This document shows, piece by piece, positions 42,433-46,431 of a DNA stretch of 46,431 nucleotides. A program made the translations under genes and the position numbers. The stretch is from NCBI GenBank assembly GCA_021146965.1, contig GCA_021146965.1_4847.1; one strand, given 5' to 3'. The stretch's first letter is position 1; each line of letters begins with the position of its first letter. The stretch comes from a phage. The notes under the pieces are model-generated. The model was not told the DNA's origin. It saw only the letters and a list, made by a program, of their open reading frames with translations, and searched no databases.

Positions 42433-42630
42433 ATGGCTAAATACGAAGTGATTGCGCGAGGCATCTTTGTCAAAGAAAAAGGCAAGATTCGTGAGTTGCA
42501 GCTTGGCGAGGTGATTACCGAACCTGCTGATCATCTGATGTCAAAGCTGCGCGTTATGCCAGAACTGGAAAAATCTTTCGAAGTCGCAACCCCGCAAGAA
42601 AAGACGACAAAGAAAAAGAAAGCAGAGTAA
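42433..42630 (+). CDS. hypothetical protein
   Basis: 65-aa ORF with GAGGA RBS followed by terminator. Confidence 0.45.
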   Translation: MAKYEVIARGIFVKEKGKIRELQLGEVITEPADHLMSKLRVMPELEKSFEVATPQEKTTKKKKAE

Positions 42631-42635
42631 ACTGA

Positions 42636-42660
42636 ACCCGCATAATGCGGGTTTTTTATT
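42636..42660 (+). terminator. rho-independent terminator
   Basis: ACCCGCAT-a-ATGCGGGT hairpin followed by TTTTTTATT. Confidence 0.65.
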
Positions 42661-42670
42661 GGGGGTTTCT

Positions 42671-43489
42671 ATGGCTGTCAGGTACGAAATAAACACAACT
42701 CCGGCTGACGGAGAGGTTTTGCTTAGCGAAACCATGTCTGCGGACTGGTCAGCATTACAGGTGCAGATTGTGCCGCTAAATTCTTCCGGTGGCTATGTGC
42801 CATTAACAAGCGGGTCTGTTTACGTAATGGTATCGCCGTTTGCGTCTGGTGATTTCTGGATTGACGTCAACAATAATAATTATTATGGCGTAGCGCTGCG
42901 GCTGAAGGTGATCAAGTCCCAAATACCTGCTGGCATTGCATCTCTGAAAGTCCTTGTATGGCGAGCAGCTACATCAGTGCCATCAAGTCAGGTTGTGGCA
43001 CAGTCCTATGCAGAGTTTGCTAACAAGCAAGGGAAGTTATTCACTGCGTCGCGCAGAGTAACTGATGTCGCTGGCAGCTCAAACCTTGACAGCATATTTA
43101 TCACCGGAACAAAGCAGGTGATATTCAACCAGCGCATTATTGGTTACACGGGGAAAGGTGTTGTTGCATCAATCTATCGCGGCGCAGTTGCCACTGGCGG
43201 TACGACGGCAGAGATTAACAACCCAAACGACATAACGCCACAAGCAGCTACGGCGCAGTTAATTACTGGCGCTACCGTGACAAACATCGGGCAGCTGACG
43301 GTGGCGGCAACATACAGTGAGGGTAACGCATCGAATCAGGGGCAGGGTAACTCGCAGGCGAAGCTCGGCGAGCAGATTATCATGGCACCGAATACGACGT
43401 ACTTACTTCGCATAACATCACTAGATACTGCGGCGCAGAATATCAATGCGTACGTTTCATGGTTTGAGGATGATACTTATCTGGCGTGA
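42671..43489 (+). CDS. hypothetical protein (possible structural/decoration protein)
   Basis: ATG 42671 (track starts at TTG 42659); Ser/Thr/Gly/Ala-rich beta-like composition. Confidence 0.45.
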   Translation: MAVRYEINTTPADGEVLLSETMSADWSALQVQIVPLNSSGGYVPLTSGSVYVMVSPFASGDFWIDVNNNNYYGVALRLKVIKSQIPAGIASLKVLVWRAATSVPSSQVVAQSYAEFANKQGKLFTASRRVTDVAGSSNLDSIFITGTKQVIFNQRIIGYTGKGVVASIYRGAVATGGTTAEINNPNDITPQAATAQLITGATVTNIGQLTVAATYSEGNASNQGQGNSQAKLGEQIIMAPNTTYLLRITSLDTAAQNINAYVSWFEDDTYLA

Positions 43490-43495
43490 TAAAAG

Positions 43496-43522
43496 AAAAG
43501 CCCCGCAAGGGGCTTTTTATTG
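43496..43522. terminator. bidirectional rho-independent terminator
   Basis: AAAAGCCCCG-caa-GGGGCTTTTT hairpin between convergent genes. Confidence 0.65.
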
Positions 43523-44059
43523 CTACAGACGCATAGGCATAACAACAATCTTCGCAGTCTCTCCAGATGGCGCACTAAGACAGCAAACAGCGGCATCTGT
43601 GTTTCCATTTAGTTCAAATTTAACGCAACAGAATCTTGGGTTAAACAGCTTTGCCACCTTCTCGATATCAACAAGGTAGCCAGCATTGAAGCCAATTTTC
43701 TCTGCCGGCAAGGTCTGATTCGGAATGACGCGATCAATATCAGGGAATCGACCATCAATCTCTTCGCAGATACCTGCTCCAACCATCGCGCCGGCTTCAT
43801 CATGATACGTTGCAATTTTCGACTTTGTATCAATGATGGCGTGCTCATAACGCTTTGTTGGTGACTTGCCAATCTTGATGATTACATTTTCTGTCAGCTT
43901 ATTGTCATGGTTGCCACCAATAAATGCGCGATGACCGTCAGTTGAGGCAATGCGACCATCTTGCATAAAGCAAATACCATTCAGGTAGTAGCGCACATCA
44001 TTGCGAGCCTGAAAGATTAATGCTGATTCAAGTAATAATTTGCTGATTTTTAGTTTCAT
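43523..44059 (-). CDS. truncated DnaN (DNA polymerase III beta sliding clamp)-like protein
   Basis: ~178 aa; N-terminal ~115 aa align with E. coli beta clamp domain II (NDVRYYLNG, STDGHRAF, EEIDGRFPDIDRVIP vs QDVRYYLNG, ATDGHRLA, KLVDGRFPDYRRVLP); C-terminal ~60 aa align with the end of domain III and finish with VVMPMRL, identical to the DnaN C-terminus; start at ATG 44059 (AGGTG RBS). Confidence 0.7.
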   Translation of the reverse strand: MKLKISKLLLESALIFQARNDVRYYLNGICFMQDGRIASTDGHRAFIGGNHDNKLTENVIIKIGKSPTKRYEHAIIDTKSKIATYHDEAGAMVGAGICEEIDGRFPDIDRVIPNQTLPAEKIGFNAGYLVDIEKVAKLFNPRFCCVKFELNGNTDAAVCCLSAPSGETAKIVVMPMRL

Positions 44060-44232
44060 CACTTCACCTTAATCATGTGTTGTTTTGCAACCTTCAGGCA
44101 TTCTTCAAAAATGCCACCATTCTTTGCGCTCTGATTGCGCTTGTAATACTGAATTGCCGCATCAATTGCCATCTGGTCGATTTCAGGCAGTTTTGCGCGC
44201 AGCTGTTTTTCGATGAATTGTTCGGCGTTCAT
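44059..44232 (-). CDS. small hypothetical protein (57 aa)
   Basis: ORF MNAEQFIEKQLRAKLPEIDQ...; stop overlaps start of DnaN-like gene; below track cut-off. Confidence 0.4.
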   Translation of the reverse strand: MNAEQFIEKQLRAKLPEIDQMAIDAAIQYYKRNQSAKNGGIFEECLKVAKQHMIKVK

Positions 44233-44317
44233 TTTTCAACCTATTTGCAGTATGGGCACGTTGATTTCGTTCCGCTACCACCATGTCGTGGGCAACATAT
44301 TTTCTCTATTGGTGTCA

Positions 44318-45127
44318 TCACATCTTCTCCAGAATTGCCATAACCTCGTGAATGTCAGCAACAGGAATCTGAATAAATTCCTCATCCTCTGCCACCACAT
44401 GACCAGCAGGGAGAATTACATGGTCAGCTGGCTTCAGTAACTCAATCAGGCGGTCTACTGGCTTAATCTTTTTCGACTTCAGCACTTTGGCTGTGACCTT
44501 ATCCTTGCCTTGCGCCTTCGCTTCTTCGACCGCTTCGTCGATAACTTTTACCGCATCATCTCCATGTTCGCGCGTTACCGCTACGGCATTTGCATAGCTG
44601 ATCTGTCCGGCACTGATTCGCGCTTTTACTTCCGCAGGCACATCACCCAACGACAGGTGCATTTGCACGTCAGATACTGAGCGGCCTACCTTCTTGGCGA
44701 TTTCCTCGTTTGTCCAGCCAAAACCTTTCAGACGCGTGTAAGCCTTTGCGCGTTCAAACGGGTCAAGTTGCTTGCCCTGACTTGATGACACCATGAATGC
44801 GATTTTGTCAGCCTCGTCGCCAGTAAAATCCTTACACTCAATGCGAACGATTGGTGCGCCGCGCTCAATGGCTCGCAATGCGCCGAGGTAGCGATGCTGC
44901 CCATCAAGAATGCGGATACCTTTATCGTCAGGAATAACTGTTAATGCTGGCAATGGCTGACCTGACTCCCAGCACTGCGCGAAATATTCCACATGCTGCT
45001 CATCTGCTTCACGGATGTTGTATCCCGGCTCCAGATAGATTTGCTCTACTGGCACGAGGTAGGTTTTGTTAACAGCGATACCGTTACGCGTTTCTTTGTC
45101 TGAATAGATTTTGCTTAGTGTTTTCAT
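44318..45127 (-). CDS. ParB-like protein (ParB/Srx N-terminal domain plus HTH)
   Basis: ILDGQHRYLGALRAIERGAPIVRI matches ParB/sulfiredoxin-fold core; central TNEEIAKKVGRSVSDVQMHLSL resembles ParB HTH. Confidence 0.6.
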   Translation of the reverse strand: MKTLSKIYSDKETRNGIAVNKTYLVPVEQIYLEPGYNIREADEQHVEYFAQCWESGQPLPALTVIPDDKGIRILDGQHRYLGALRAIERGAPIVRIECKDFTGDEADKIAFMVSSSQGKQLDPFERAKAYTRLKGFGWTNEEIAKKVGRSVSDVQMHLSLGDVPAEVKARISAGQISYANAVAVTREHGDDAVKVIDEAVEEAKAQGKDKVTAKVLKSKKIKPVDRLIELLKPADHVILPAGHVVAEDEEFIQIPVADIHEVMAILEKM

Positions 45128-45468
45128 TATTTCTTTCCTAATGCTTTATTGATAGATTCTTCAGCTAACAGCAATTCATCTGGGTATTGTTCATTCCAGT
45201 TTTGTTTGTATGCCTTGCTAAGCATTTTTTGCAGAGCTTCAAGCAACTCAGGTGCTGCTGCCATTAAATTAAAGTCATGCTCAACACTGCTATCAATCTC
45301 CCAATGCATCCCGTTGTATTTAGCACCCTTGCTAGAGAAGGCAATATTTCTGTCATCGTCGTGGTGACAGCCAGGTGTGTCATCAGTTCGACAAGACGGG
45401 TAAATAGCTGCGCAACCCCCGCGAATGTCTGCGACCCACGGCCCGGGCGTACCTTTAAATTCTTTCAT
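45127..45468 (-). CDS. small protein, paralog of 31640..31942 (Ead/Ea22-like?)
   Basis: MKEFKGTPGPW N-terminus and AAAPELLEALQKML / NKALG C-terminal motifs shared with 31640..31942; start ATG 45468 with GAGGTG RBS. Confidence 0.5.
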   Translation of the reverse strand: MKEFKGTPGPWVADIRGGCAAIYPSCRTDDTPGCHHDDDRNIAFSSKGAKYNGMHWEIDSSVEHDFNLMAAAPELLEALQKMLSKAYKQNWNEQYPDELLLAEESINKALGKK

Positions 45469-45492
45469 TTTCATCACCTCTAATATTTATTG

Positions 45493-45554
45493 TTGTTTCT
45501 ACGTCACTAACTATAAACGCACCACCAATCTACGTCAACAGGAATATGCTAAAA
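45493..45554. promoter_or_regulatory. divergent promoter/operator region with two motif copies
   Basis: TTTCTACGTCA (45497-45507) and CAATCTACGTCAACA (45526-45540); on minus strand these give TTGACG - 17 nt - TATAGT; TAAAAT at 45549-45554 for rightward genes. Confidence 0.45.
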
Positions 45555-45585
45555 TCATGCTAATCAAACAACAGGAGATTTAAAC

Positions 45586-45705
45586 ATGGGTTCAACCAAC
45601 TCACCATCTCGTTCGCGCGCTACTGGCAACACAAAAACTGGCGGCAAAACTGGCGTGGTGAAGCCAAACGGCTCTACCCGTTCACCATCGCGCGGTAAAA
45701 AATAA
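45586..45705 (+). CDS. small basic Ser/Thr/Gly-rich protein (39 aa)
   Basis: ORF MGSTNSPSRSRATGNTKTGGKTGVVKPNGSTRSPSRGKK with AGGAGA RBS; TAATG-coupled to next gene. Confidence 0.35.
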   Translation: MGSTNSPSRSRATGNTKTGGKTGVVKPNGSTRSPSRGKK

Positions 45706-46142
45706 TGTTCGGCGCAGATGTTGCCATCATGATCATGTATGTGCTTGGATTTGCCTGCACGGGCATGGTTGCGTTTCTGGTGTTCATTCCGGCAATGGTG
45801 ATGTCTGTGTATCTTGGATGGGTGCTTGTTGATTCATTTCCCGCCGAATATCTGTATTACCTTGCGCAGTGTATGGTCTGGTTGTTTCCGGCTATTGCGC
45901 TGCGTAAAAGTACAAAGATGGCGCTCTGCGTGCTGACGATGAGCCTTTACGAATGGCTGGTTGCGATAGAGTCATTCGTATGGGAATTTATCACGCCTGT
46001 AGCAACGCCGCTTCATGCGCAGTACGCATTTATTATCGGCATCCATCTGTTCATCCTTTTCATCACTTTTAAATGGGGCGGCGAAATTGGACATTATTCT
46101 TGGCGTGGTTGCCATCGTTTTTTCGCTGATTCAAATCTATAA
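45705..46142 (+). CDS. polytopic membrane protein
   Basis: 145-aa ORF with at least four hydrophobic helices; C-terminal end uncertain because an overlapping frame encodes a TM-plus-basic-tail peptide. Confidence 0.45.
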   Translation: MFGADVAIMIMYVLGFACTGMVAFLVFIPAMVMSVYLGWVLVDSFPAEYLYYLAQCMVWLFPAIALRKSTKMALCVLTMSLYEWLVAIESFVWEFITPVATPLHAQYAFIIGIHLFILFITFKWGGEIGHYSWRGCHRFFADSNL

Positions 46143-46174
46143 GTGCTGGAAACATATTATCAGCGAGACTCGCA

Positions 46175-46431
46175 ATGAACGAAACACTAAGACAGGCCGC
46201 AGAGCAAGTTATAAGCGGGACGACGGGGCAGGTGATTGACAAGGCTGGATATGCCTCCATTGGTACTGGTATTGGACTGAAAGTTGCAGAGCAAACGCCT
46301 GTCACGCAGTCTTATTTTGAGGCTATGATTCCACACAGTCTGACAGAGTTGGCGGCAGTAGCGTCAATCCTCGGCGCCCTGTCTCTGGTAATAAAGAACC
46401 TCTTTGAAATGTGGTGGAAGGTACGGGAGTC
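46175..46431 (+). CDS. holin-like small membrane protein (3' end beyond window)
   Basis: hydrophilic N-terminus, Gly-rich ASIGTGIG segment, TM helix LAAVASILGALSLVI followed by KNLFEMWWKVRE; architecture recalls small phage holins; open to window end. Confidence 0.3.
   Translation, partial: MNETLRQAAEQVISGTTGQVIDKAGYASIGTGIGLKVAEQTPVTQSYFEAMIPHSLTELAAVASILGALSLVIKNLFEMWWKVRE

Overview
The window reads as a near-complete genome segment of a lytic, tailed dsDNA phage of an enterobacterial host; no integrase or repressor is visible. Everything here is from manual reading of the sequence and ORF track plus recalled protein families; no searches were run. Layout: a rightward head-tail joining and tail module (9-12809) with lambda-like tail tip genes and a tailspike carrying a C-terminal intramolecular chaperone domain; a leftward recombination/replication module (12920-22309: SSB, Sak4-like ATPase, PD-(D/E)XK nuclease, VRR-NUC, SF2 helicase, primase on the opposite strand); an iteron-flanked AT-rich region (22363-22671, putative origin); rightward early genes and a packaging/head module (HNH, terS, terL, portal, minor head, protease/scaffold, major capsid) interrupted by accessory cassettes and by the lysis genes. 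The most unusual feature is a leftward operon (43523-45468) encoding a half-length DnaN (beta sliding clamp)-like protein that appears to keep the clamp's peptide-binding cleft motifs, next to a ParB-like protein. Other notable points: four paralogous AP2-HNH homing endonucleases, a decayed GH24 lysozyme gene abutting an intact lambda R-type endolysin, a tRNA-like gene in a 680-bp non-coding stretch, and a TTGACGTAGATTG-type motif recurring in intergenic regions. Starts were moved off upstream GTG/TTG codons in the ORF track where an ATG with a better Shine-Dalgarno spacing exists.
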